Origin: Rhodothermales bacterium
GTDB taxonomy: Bacteria > Bacteroidota > Rhodothermia > Rhodothermales > Bin80
NCBI GenBank assembly: GCA_963665975.1
Contig: OY762508.1
Span: 2,535,922 to 2,599,921, forward strand
DNA length: 64,000 nucleotides
Reading direction: 5' to 3'
Positions within the stretch are counted from its first letter, which is position 1. Every line of letters starts with the position of its first letter. A model generated the notes under the pieces. That model saw nothing but the letters and a program-made list of their open reading frames with translations. It was not told the DNA's origin and made no database searches. Position numbers and translations under genes: made by a program. Shown here one piece after another: positions 31,369 to 39,591 of this stretch.

Positions 31369-32370
31369 TCATACGAGCCGCGGTGCTCCATTGTGAGAAG
31401 TGGTGGCAAACCGCTGTGCGGTCTTGTTCCATCGCCAACGTGCTTCCGAGCCTTTCAGGTGAACACCCCCGAACCAGCGATCAATGCCGTTCAGCGCAAC
31501 CGCATCACTTTCTCCCGCAAGCACACGCGAACCGTCGTGCGTAAGGGACAATCGCGCGTTTGGGAATGCGGAGTCGTCGTGTGGACCATGGATATCAATC
31601 AGGGGGTGTCCACCCGAGGCCAGATCTTTCAATGCGGCCCAATACGTCCAATCGCCCATGAATGGATGGTCTTCCTGCTCCCAGTGTGCTTTCAACAGCG
31701 CGACAGGGTCTTCTATGCCTGAGGCGATGGCTTCAAGAGCGTGGTGTTCCGTGCGACCCAGACCGTTATGCACAGAGGGAAACGACTCAAGGTGCCGACG
31801 AAGTGCTGCGGCCATGAACGGCAAAGGCGAGGTGTCTCTCTTCAGAAGCGTTACGAGACTATCGGGACTCGGCCTGCAAAAGGCCCACCAGACGGCAGTG
31901 GCAAGAAGGAGTTGCGCATGAGTGACGGACTGTCGTGTGCCGAATAGTGTGGTAACATGTTCCGGTGCAAGATCGCCAAGTCCGCGGAAGGATGGGATAC
32001 CGGGATATCGGTCGATGCAGATCATCGACAGGCTGGTAGCAGACCGTTTCCTGGTAGCGAAGAAGTCCAGGATCTGCGCAATCTGCAATTGGTCGTACAG
32101 GTCATGCTCGAACCAAAGGACAATCTCATCATGCTCGTGAAACCACTCCAGCGTTTCATTGCGTTCCCGGAATGCGCTGAGCAGCGCGTGAGTCGTTCCC
32201 CAATTGCGACGAGAGAGATACTCGGCGCGCACTTGACTTAGTGCGTGCAGATTAAGCCCTGCGGGCACGGGCCCTTCATGTAGGACATCGCGCCACGGCA
32301 GAATGGTGCTCTCGAAACCCGCCGCCTTTAGTAGTCCTGCCGCTTCGTCACCATTGGTGATGTGGAGCAT
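31369..32370 (-). CDS. DUF1835 (plus DUF3658-like) domain protein
   Basis: N-terminus MLHITNGDEAAGLLKAAGF..ILPWRDVLHEGPVP...IVLWFEHDLYDQLQIAQIL is the characteristic DUF1835 pattern. Confidence 0.75.
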   Translation of the reverse strand: MLHITNGDEAAGLLKAAGFESTILPWRDVLHEGPVPAGLNLHALSQVRAEYLSRRNWGTTHALLSAFRERNETLEWFHEHDEIVLWFEHDLYDQLQIAQILDFFATRKRSATSLSMICIDRYPGIPSFRGLGDLAPEHVTTLFGTRQSVTHAQLLLATAVWWAFCRPSPDSLVTLLKRDTSPLPFMAAALRRHLESFPSVHNGLGRTEHHALEAIASGIEDPVALLKAHWEQEDHPFMGDWTYWAALKDLASGGHPLIDIHGPHDDSAFPNARLSLTHDGSRVLAGESDAVALNGIDRWFGGVHLKGSEARWRWNKTAQRFATTSHNGAPRLV

Positions 32371-32649
32371 AGCGGCTCTGTTGAGCTGTTGCCGGGGAGT
32401 GTGGGTTGGTAACCGGTGTATAACGGCACCAAGATACAGGATGCAGTAGCAAGACGTGATAGACAGTCCTGATCGGTGTTCGAATGCCTGTTGTCCGGTA
32501 AGAAAAGGCTACGCGCAATCGCAACCAACTTCCATGCGGTCGGCAGTACGCGGACCAGCGGGTAGAATACGGCTGTGGAGATGGATATCTATCGGACCGC
32601 TCTTGAACGTGCCAATATTCTTCAACGAGACAGGCACCTCCGGCTTCCG

Positions 32650-33330
32650 TTACCGAACTCGCTGGTAGGTGGGCAACTTGCGCTCCAGCGGCCGCTGTAG
32701 TGGCACTGGCGGCCGGGACTTGTGCAATCCTTGCTTATTGATGTGTCCTACGTACCGGCCTAACACACGCACGTGCTCAAAAATATCCGGCTCGATATGG
32801 ATGTCGTCATAATCGGGATTGGCGGGTTCCAGGCGCATTCCCGTTTCGTCCGTGTAAATTCGCTTTAGGGAAGTTTCCCCATTATAGAGCACGGCGCCGA
32901 TTCCTCCATTCGGAATGTCATCGTCCACCAGCAAGACAAAGTCTCCGTCCTGAATATCTGCTCCCAGCATGGAGTGACCATATACTCGCAGCGCAAATAT
33001 CCGGTGCAGATTCGGGAAGAGCGTCTCCAGCGTGATCGACCCCAGATTGGCCTCCACCGCTTCCTGTAGCTGGCCGGCGGTAATAATTCCACGCACGGGG
33101 ATGCCGGCCGCCTTGGGATGCCTGACGTTCAGGTGGTATCCCATGTGATCGCGCCGGAGGTAATTCTTCTTCCACAGCGCCTTGAGATTCTGCGTTACGC
33201 TGTTGGGAGACTTGTATCCAAAGACGTCGACTATCTCGCGGTACGTCGGCCAGATTTCATTCTCCCTGATATATGTTTGCAGGAACTCAAGAAAAGCGTG
33301 TTGCTTGGCGGTTAATGACCGGCGACCCAT
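32650..33330 (-). CDS. lexA: LexA-type SOS repressor (S24 peptidase) with a C-terminal tail
   Basis: wHTH N-terminus (LTAKQHAFLEFLQTYIRENEIWPTYREI). Ala-Gly cleavage site (GIITAGQ). Ser nucleophile (VYGHSMLG). Lys (ETSLKRIY). About 25 extra basic/Pro-rich residues follow the S24 core. Confidence 0.85.
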   Translation of the reverse strand: MGRRSLTAKQHAFLEFLQTYIRENEIWPTYREIVDVFGYKSPNSVTQNLKALWKKNYLRRDHMGYHLNVRHPKAAGIPVRGIITAGQLQEAVEANLGSITLETLFPNLHRIFALRVYGHSMLGADIQDGDFVLLVDDDIPNGGIGAVLYNGETSLKRIYTDETGMRLEPANPDYDDIHIEPDIFEHVRVLGRYVGHINKQGLHKSRPPVPLQRPLERKLPTYQRVR

Positions 33331-33375
33331 GGTGCTTCCTCGTTTGCAGTGAGAGCTTATTACATAACATTATGC

Positions 33376-33404
33376 TATATAAACAATAATAATCATATAT
33401 GCAA
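33376..33404 (-). promoter_or_regulatory. Sigma70-like promoter candidate for lexA
   Basis: In gene orientation: TTGCAT, 17 nt, TATATA, about 45 nt upstream of the ATG. Followed by the near-palindrome CATAATGTTATG. Confidence 0.3.
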
Positions 33405-33443
33405 CAGTTGCGTGAACTTCCCAAGTAATTGCGTCACGTCCCT

Positions 33444-33461
33444 GCCGATATCGATATCGGC
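33444..33461. repeat. Perfect 18-bp palindrome GCCGATATCGATATCGGC
   Basis: Self-complementary over all 18 nt; 114-131 nt upstream of the lexA ATG. Confidence 0.9.
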
Positions 33462-34618
33462 CCACAATTACGGAGGCCGAACCGAGTCGATTTTCGTTGC
33501 ATTCATCGGTCCATCGCACCCTGCCCCGTTGTCCGGGTCACCACCAGCACCAACTGCTCTGAATGGCCATGTGCGATTGCTACTTTTCTTCAAGCGGGGG
33601 CCCGAAGCATCAATAATCCTGTGAGGGAGCGAGCAGGTCAACGTACTTGTTGATGGAATCGTACCATGGAGGTATGCTAACTGCGGCGTAAACTGGTTTT
33701 GGGGTTTCCTCCGGGCGGCAAGTGCCTATTTCGCTAGCGTACTTGTTTGACACAAGGCAGTCCGCCAAGCCGCCGACGTATGCGACGCCTGCCGAGTTGA
33801 CGGTGTCTGACTATGTGCTGGATTACGGAAGATTGCGGCCATGGAATAACTCCAAGGCGGTTACAGCCCTGTAGCCCTGGGACGTAAGGTCCGTTTGCTG
33901 AGACATGGCATTGCTCGCTTATGACGGTGTCCCATTTGTTCTGGTAATGATTAGGCATCGTAGCTTCTTTATTGGTTGTGCCACGGGAAACCCTTGGAGG
34001 AAGATGCCTGGGGGAGGGAGTAATGACAATAACCATGAAAGGCGTGATCACCAGTTCTTCGGAGCCGCTGCCGTGGGTGAAAGTCTTAGGAACAGTACTT
34101 GATTGTGCGTGTGTCCAGCAAAGGCTGGAGTGTCCAGCGGGAGACAGTCCCGCCAAAGTAATAATCAGAGCTTTGTAGCTTGGGTAGCATGGGAGCGGGA
34201 GACTCAACTCATGAAGCCTACCGACAGCGTCTCCGAAAGGGAGACGGCGAGGTGTCGGGCCATAACGAAAGTGAACGCATAGGTGGCCCCGTGAATGTAT
34301 TCCGAAGGTCGAGCTCTCGCACAATGGGCGAAGGCAGCATGGAAGGTCGAAACCTGATTGATACGACCGTTCCACTTCGGCGGGGTGGTAGCGATGGCAC
34401 GATGACAAGGACACTCCGAGCAACTGGAGAAGCCCGTCTCACCCCGGCGAGAAATTGCCGGTGCAAGGTACGTGCTATAACCGGCAGCACCGGGAAATGC
34501 ACGGAAGGTGAGCGGGTGGCGGAGCGGCGTGTAGTAGCGACGAAGCGGGGTAATGCCTGCAGAGCAAAGACGCCGCACTGTTGGTACGTTCTTTTTCAAC
34601 AAGGGAGGCAGAGATGAC

Positions 34619-35941
34619 ATGACAACGGCATCTATCAATCTGCAGGACCTGCGGAGGAGGATATACCTCAAAGCCAAGGCAGAGCCAGCGCATCGCTTCT
34701 GGGGCATGTACGTGCATGTCTGCAAGATGGAGACGCTGCAGGAAGCCTATCGTATGGCCAAGCGCAACGGAGGTGCCCCGGGCATCGACGGACAGACGTT
34801 TGAGGCCATCGAAGAGGCGGACGTGCAGCAGTTTCTGGAAGGCATACAGCAGGAACTTGTCACGCGGGGCTACCGGCCTGCGCCATTGCGTAGGAAGCAG
34901 ATACCCAAGGGTGGGGGCAAGTACCGCACGCTGGGTATTCCGACGATACGTGACCGCGTGGTGCAGGGAGCACTGAAGCTGATTCTGGAGCCTGTCTTCG
35001 AGGCTGACTTTCAGGAGGGGTCGTACGGGTATCGGCCCAAGTGCACGGCGCATGCCGCTGTAGACCGAGTGAGAACGGCAGTGGTTAAGGGCATGACTCG
35101 GGTCATTGATGTGGATCTGGCAGCGTACTTCGATACGGTCCGGCACCACATCCTGCTCGGGAAGGTTGCCGCTCGCATCAGCGACGACGACATCCTATGG
35201 CTGCTGAAGCGGATCCTTCGGTCGGGTGGCAAGAAAGGCGTGCCGCAGGGCGGAGTGATCTCACCGCTGCTTAGCAACATCTATCTCAACGAGGTAGATA
35301 AGATGCTGGAGCGGGCGAAGGAGGTCACTCGGGAGCGGGGATACGAACACTTGGAGTATGCCCGTTTCGCCGATGACCTGGTAATCCTTGTCGATGGCCA
35401 CCCTAAATGGGACTGGCTGGAGCAGGGCGCATACAAGCGTCTTCTGGAAGAGTTGGCCAAGCTCGATGTATCCCTGAACGTGGAGAAGACGAAGCGTGTG
35501 GATCTCATCCGAAGGGAGAGTTTCACGTTTCTGGGATTCCGGATTCGTCGGTACAAGACGAAGCGGGGCAAGTGGGGCGCTCTGACAGTGCCACGCATGA
35601 AGGCACGGACGAAGCTGCTACGCAGGCTCAAGGAGGAATTCCAACGTTTTCGATCACAACCGGTGGAACGGGTAATCGAACGAATCAACCCCATACTGCG
35701 GGGGTGGTTGAACTACTTCCGCATAGGGAATTCGGGACGATGCTTCGGGTACGTACGGAACTGGGTCGAGCAGAAGATAAGGCGCCACATGATGCGAGCC
35801 AGAGGACGCAATGGCTACGGCTGGAAGCGGTGGAGTAGGCGGATGCTGTATGACCGCCTGGGCTTGTATGCCCAGTGGCAGGTGCAGTACTACAAGCCGA
35901 AAGCGCGCCCATGCCAGCTGCGCATAAACTTTGAGACGTAG
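34619..35941 (+). CDS. Group II intron reverse transcriptase/maturase (no En/HNH domain)
   Basis: RT blocks (..KYRTLGIPTIRDRVVQGALKLILEPVFE.., ..GVPQGGVISPLLSNIYLNEVD.., YARFADDLVILV) and maturase X domain (..INPILRGWLNYFRIGNS..). Ends shortly after X. Start at ATG 34619 behind AAGGGAGG. Confidence 0.92.
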   Translation: MTTASINLQDLRRRIYLKAKAEPAHRFWGMYVHVCKMETLQEAYRMAKRNGGAPGIDGQTFEAIEEADVQQFLEGIQQELVTRGYRPAPLRRKQIPKGGGKYRTLGIPTIRDRVVQGALKLILEPVFEADFQEGSYGYRPKCTAHAAVDRVRTAVVKGMTRVIDVDLAAYFDTVRHHILLGKVAARISDDDILWLLKRILRSGGKKGVPQGGVISPLLSNIYLNEVDKMLERAKEVTRERGYEHLEYARFADDLVILVDGHPKWDWLEQGAYKRLLEELAKLDVSLNVEKTKRVDLIRRESFTFLGFRIRRYKTKRGKWGALTVPRMKARTKLLRRLKEEFQRFRSQPVERVIERINPILRGWLNYFRIGNSGRCFGYVRNWVEQKIRRHMMRARGRNGYGWKRWSRRMLYDRLGLYAQWQVQYYKPKARPCQLRINFET

Positions 35942-35950
35942 CCAACAGGA

Positions 35951-35984
35951 GAGCCCGGTGCCGGAAATCGGCACGCCGAGGTTC
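35951..35984 (+). ncRNA. Group II intron domain V
   Basis: GAGCCCGGTGCCGGAAATCGGCACGCCGAGGTTC is 34 nt. It has GAGCC/GGTTC basal helix with the AGC triad, a GAAA-containing loop and an AC bulge position. Closely parallels consensus GAGCCGUAUGCGAUGAAAGUCGCACGUACGGUUC. Confidence 0.8.
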
Positions 35985-36450
35985 GACGAGGCGGGGCCTG
36001 GAAACGTGGTCTAGGATGAAGATTGAGGCACCGGTAATAGGGCGAAAGCCGCCGGCAAACAGCTACTCCCTTCATTTATAGACAGGCGCGCCAGGCCCCG
36101 ACCCTACCATTGTCGAAACGCTTCGTCGTACCCGTAGGCACGCAGGAGAATTGCCAACCGTCAGCCTGCACTGTTTTTGCAACTGTTGGCTCGCCTACGT
36201 GCAGTAATCCGACGCGACGGATCAAATTGTATTGCTATCCAGCCACGGGCTCCCGCTCTATTGGGCTTGGCTGGGGAGGGTCCACGCAACGCCCGGTACC
36301 TGGTGGAACAGTCTTTCATGGAAGCCACCGGGATTCCCTTCCGAGCAATATTTCAGAGGACTGCCCAGCCGCGTGTCATCTCGCCTGGCAGTGTGTCACA
36401 AGAAACCAGGCTCATCGCCGCCACACTGCATGCAAGTCCCCGGTTATGGA

Positions 36451-37128
36451 CTACATCTTTATGCCAAGGCTGTCCAAAACTCTGCGCCTGTCGGAGATTT
36501 CACCTGGGCGATTGCAGGCGGAGTCCACGAGCAGTCTGGTGCCAAATCTGGTCAAGCAGTACTGCTGGGCTGTCCGCCACGACTTCATCAGTGTGTTCAT
36601 TTGTCCGACGGCTTCGTGGTCGCGTTCGTATTGTTCTATGTTCTCATACCTTCGGCGAAGCCGGACGGCATCATTGAGCACACCGATAGCCGATTTGAAA
36701 CAGCCACAAACCGTGTTGAATTCAGCATTTAGAGCATCCTGTATTCGAGATGCCGCAGGATCTTGCCTTCCCTCTTGCTCTCTTGTTTGAGGAGAACGGG
36801 CCGCTGCTTCACGCGCCATTGGGGCACGCATCAGATTAAAGTCATGATTGACGTCAGCTTCCCCGGAGCTAACGAGCGTAACACTTTCGGATGTATAGCC
36901 CTTGTAGGCGACGGTAATGATGAATGTCCCCGCTGGCACGTCCCGCAGAACATAGCGCCCGATTCCATTGGTGACGGCAACGCGGAGTGTACCTACAAGA
37001 TAAACGGGTGCCCCCACTATCGGATCGCCATAGTGCGCATCCCGCACCGCTCCGCTTATGGTTACGGTCTGCGCACCGGCAAGAGTCACACCGAGGAAGG
37101 ACAATAACAACAGAACGGGTCGCATCAT
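36451..37128 (-). CDS. Secreted CarboxypepD_reg-like domain protein with a helical C-terminal region
   Basis: Signal peptide MMRPVLLLLSFLGVTLAGAQ, then TVTISGAVRDAHYGDPIVGAPVYLVGT..TNGIGRYVLRDVPAGTFIITVAYKGY (carboxypeptidase regulatory-like fold). The C-terminal 110 aa have no recognised family. Confidence 0.7.
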   Translation of the reverse strand: MMRPVLLLLSFLGVTLAGAQTVTISGAVRDAHYGDPIVGAPVYLVGTLRVAVTNGIGRYVLRDVPAGTFIITVAYKGYTSESVTLVSSGEADVNHDFNLMRAPMAREAAARSPQTREQEGRQDPAASRIQDALNAEFNTVCGCFKSAIGVLNDAVRLRRRYENIEQYERDHEAVGQMNTLMKSWRTAQQYCLTRFGTRLLVDSACNRPGEISDRRRVLDSLGIKM

Positions 37129-37294
37129 TCAGCGTCTCACAGAATCTGCGCGCTACAATCTCCCCACATGCCAAGTCCGGATGCCACGGCCTGGTTTCAT
37201 GTATGGATAGCCCAATTTCACCATACGCCACGTGGCCGGACCGACACATGCCGTCGATCCGACCACGCATATTACTCCAGGCTTGGCGGCCATT

Positions 37295-39031
37295 CTATTT
37301 GATCAGGGTCATTTTCCTGGAAACGGAGCCAGCGTCAGTACTAAGCGTGTAGAGATACATGCCGCTCGCAACCTTAAACCCGGTATCGTTTCTGCCATCC
37401 CATCGATACTTGTACGTGCCGGCCGGCAAAGATTCGCTCACCAGTTCGATTACGGGCTGACCCAGGACATTGTAGATCACCAGCCTGACATCGGATAGTT
37501 GCTCCAGGGAAAACGCGATGTCCGTCGAAGGGTTGAATGGGTTCGGGTAGTTCTGATCCAGTGAAAATGTGCTGGGCAGATCATCCTCTTCCACACCAAC
37601 ATTTTGAAATGGAACCCATCTCGGATCTCCTACAGGACCACCTGTTTCACTCGCAGTAGCAGCCGGTGACATATAGCTATAGCGCAGATCTTCGTGTATG
37701 GGCCACTGGACATTTATCGGATCGTCGTCATTCTCGTACTGCCACCACTCGTCAAGGAAAGTGTCATGAGCCTCATTGTCTCTGAAGTCCCGAATGCGAC
37801 TAATGATTCGCCTGAGGTACTCTTGATTCAGCAAAAGCGTTGGTGTTGTCTTGACGTTATCGAATTCCCGAATAGAGGGGTCTGCTGCCATCAATGCGCG
37901 CGTCGAATCCCCGACAAATTGATCCTGAAGTTCGATGGCAAGCATGGTGTCACGACGCACTTCGGTCATGCCACTGTCATTGACTACCTCCCACGCCCAC
38001 GGCGGCGCTTGCCAGAGTGCCAATACCTGTTCATCGTTTACCCAGGCATTGTTATTAAAGGTGATGTTTCTGCTGAGATGATCCCAATGCCTTCCGGCAG
38101 CGATCGCCGTAGTGTCCGGCGCTTCCTGAGCGTTGATGTCCATCACACCTGATCCGCCTTCTATGCTACCCCATAGTCCAAAATAGAATGAGGACTGGCC
38201 GAAGATTTTAGTATTGTAAAACAGGTTGTTCGAGAACGTCATGTTATTGCCGCCTCGAGAGAAAAGCGGACGCATTACTATATTTACGAACGAATTGTGA
38301 TCGACAAGCCCATGATTTACTTGCTCATAGATCACTATCGATTCACCCCAGGAATTCATGAGGCTACTGTTGGTGACCATCACCGTATCGATTGTGCCCA
38401 TCCAGGACCCGCCTCCCCACAAAGATCCATTGGCGAAAATACCGCCCGCGTACGAGGGATAGGCTTTGAAGATACTGTTATTGACGAAGAAGTCCGAATC
38501 CTTGCCGAAGGCCATGAGTGTTATCTGGTAGCCTGACATAACAGTGTTGTCGATCACTGTCCTCTGATTGGTGCCACGTGCAGCCACAACATTCCAAACG
38601 TGATTACTCTGGTCGGCCATGGCGCCGTTAAAGAGCAAGTTTTCCAACGTCAGCGTGATATCGTCGCCATACAAGTCGAAATGGGCGCCGGGCCACACAG
38701 CTAAATATCTCGAAACTCCATCCGGGCCGGGCAGCGGCTGTATCGTGGCGGGAATATCACTAGCGTCGGTGGCATCATATGCTTGTCCACGGATAGTGAA
38801 GCTGTTGTTGACTCCAATCGGCTCGATCTGCAGGTAGACCTTACCTTTTTCCAGAACATACACGTCGTGGGCTTGCGTCCCGTCAGCAGACGTATCGGCC
38901 ACAATTGTGCTTTCAAACTCCCCTGGCGTACCCGTCCACGGAATAAGCATTTCGGTCTGCGCAGTGGCTGCTACCGGCAACATCGCTACGATGAGCAATG
39001 CGCAAGTCAAGGTTGGTAACGATTTCAACAT
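37295..39031 (-). CDS. Secreted right-handed beta-helix (PbH1-like) protein with a T9SS C-terminal sorting domain
   Basis: Signal peptide (MLKSLPTLTCALLIVAMLPVAATAQ, ATG 39031). Repeated N-x-x-F/N-N-S beta-helix rungs (NNSIFKA.., TNSSLMN.., DHNSFVN.., FSNNLFYN..). CTD NYPNPFNPSTDIAFSL...GMYLYTLST.. Confidence 0.8.
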   Translation of the reverse strand: MLKSLPTLTCALLIVAMLPVAATAQTEMLIPWTGTPGEFESTIVADTSADGTQAHDVYVLEKGKVYLQIEPIGVNNSFTIRGQAYDATDASDIPATIQPLPGPDGVSRYLAVWPGAHFDLYGDDITLTLENLLFNGAMADQSNHVWNVVAARGTNQRTVIDNTVMSGYQITLMAFGKDSDFFVNNSIFKAYPSYAGGIFANGSLWGGGSWMGTIDTVMVTNSSLMNSWGESIVIYEQVNHGLVDHNSFVNIVMRPLFSRGGNNMTFSNNLFYNTKIFGQSSFYFGLWGSIEGGSGVMDINAQEAPDTTAIAAGRHWDHLSRNITFNNNAWVNDEQVLALWQAPPWAWEVVNDSGMTEVRRDTMLAIELQDQFVGDSTRALMAADPSIREFDNVKTTPTLLLNQEYLRRIISRIRDFRDNEAHDTFLDEWWQYENDDDPINVQWPIHEDLRYSYMSPAATASETGGPVGDPRWVPFQNVGVEEDDLPSTFSLDQNYPNPFNPSTDIAFSLEQLSDVRLVIYNVLGQPVIELVSESLPAGTYKYRWDGRNDTGFKVASGMYLYTLSTDAGSVSRKMTLIK

Positions 39032-39591
39032 GGTTTTCAACTCGGTCTTGTGAGCCAGAAAGCTCAAGTGAAGGACAAAAACGCCCTAAGGTAGCGTGCC
39101 TGGCAGTTCCTGCCCTTGGTGTCGCTCTTTGACGTAAGAGAGCACCGAGTCGGGACCAATAGCCTATATATGGGATCCAGAACGCATCCGTTGTCTAATG
39201 ATAGTGTGAATAGCACTGTTCATTCGGTCACTATTGTTAAAATAATATTAAGACTTTACGATCTGTCTCGACCCCTTGCGATATCCACCAAGCGGTGCGC
39301 TGTTGCAAGACAGGGAGATGCACCCTGCAACAGGCCGTGGGCGCTGCACAGAGCCGTCATCCGTAATTGTGTGCATCAATTCTGCCGATGGTTTTCGCTG
39401 CAAGACGCGCAGGGATCGGCAAGTCATGGGGGAAGAGCTTCCCGGAATCACGACGTGTCGTTCAACGCCGAGCTGCGCCCAGATCCGGGCTCAGAACAGG
39501 TCGGTCGGATACGGCTCTGCGCAACGTCCAGGCGACAGTGCCGCAACCTTCTCGGCACATGCTGCCACGCCTGGTGTGGGTATGGCTCGTG

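Larger units (their letters stand above)
34105..36030 (+). mobile_element. Group II intron (ribozyme plus intron-encoded RT/maturase); both boundaries approximate
   Basis: Canonical 5' GTGCG at 34105, 514 nt upstream of the IEP start. IEP lies in domain IV. Domain V at 35951-35984. The 3' end is expected a few tens of nt after domain V; the exact splice site was not determined. Confidence 0.7.

Noticed and set aside
33571-33575. Alternative group II intron 5' end at a second GTGCG
   Set aside because: It would put about 1,050 nt of ribozyme before the IEP start, well beyond typical domain I-III lengths. GTGCG at 34105 (514 nt) fits better. This is not excluded without covariance-model folding.
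33734-34423. 229-aa minus-strand ORF spanning the gap and the intron 5' region
   Set aside because: It crosses the predicted intron ribozyme domain I on the wrong strand. It is Cys/Pro/Arg-rich with no family resemblance.
36110-36790. Three overlapping + strand ORFs (166-226 aa) in all three frames
   Set aside because: All are antisense to, or downstream of, the CarboxypepD_reg gene. Having all three frames open is a GC-composition artefact.
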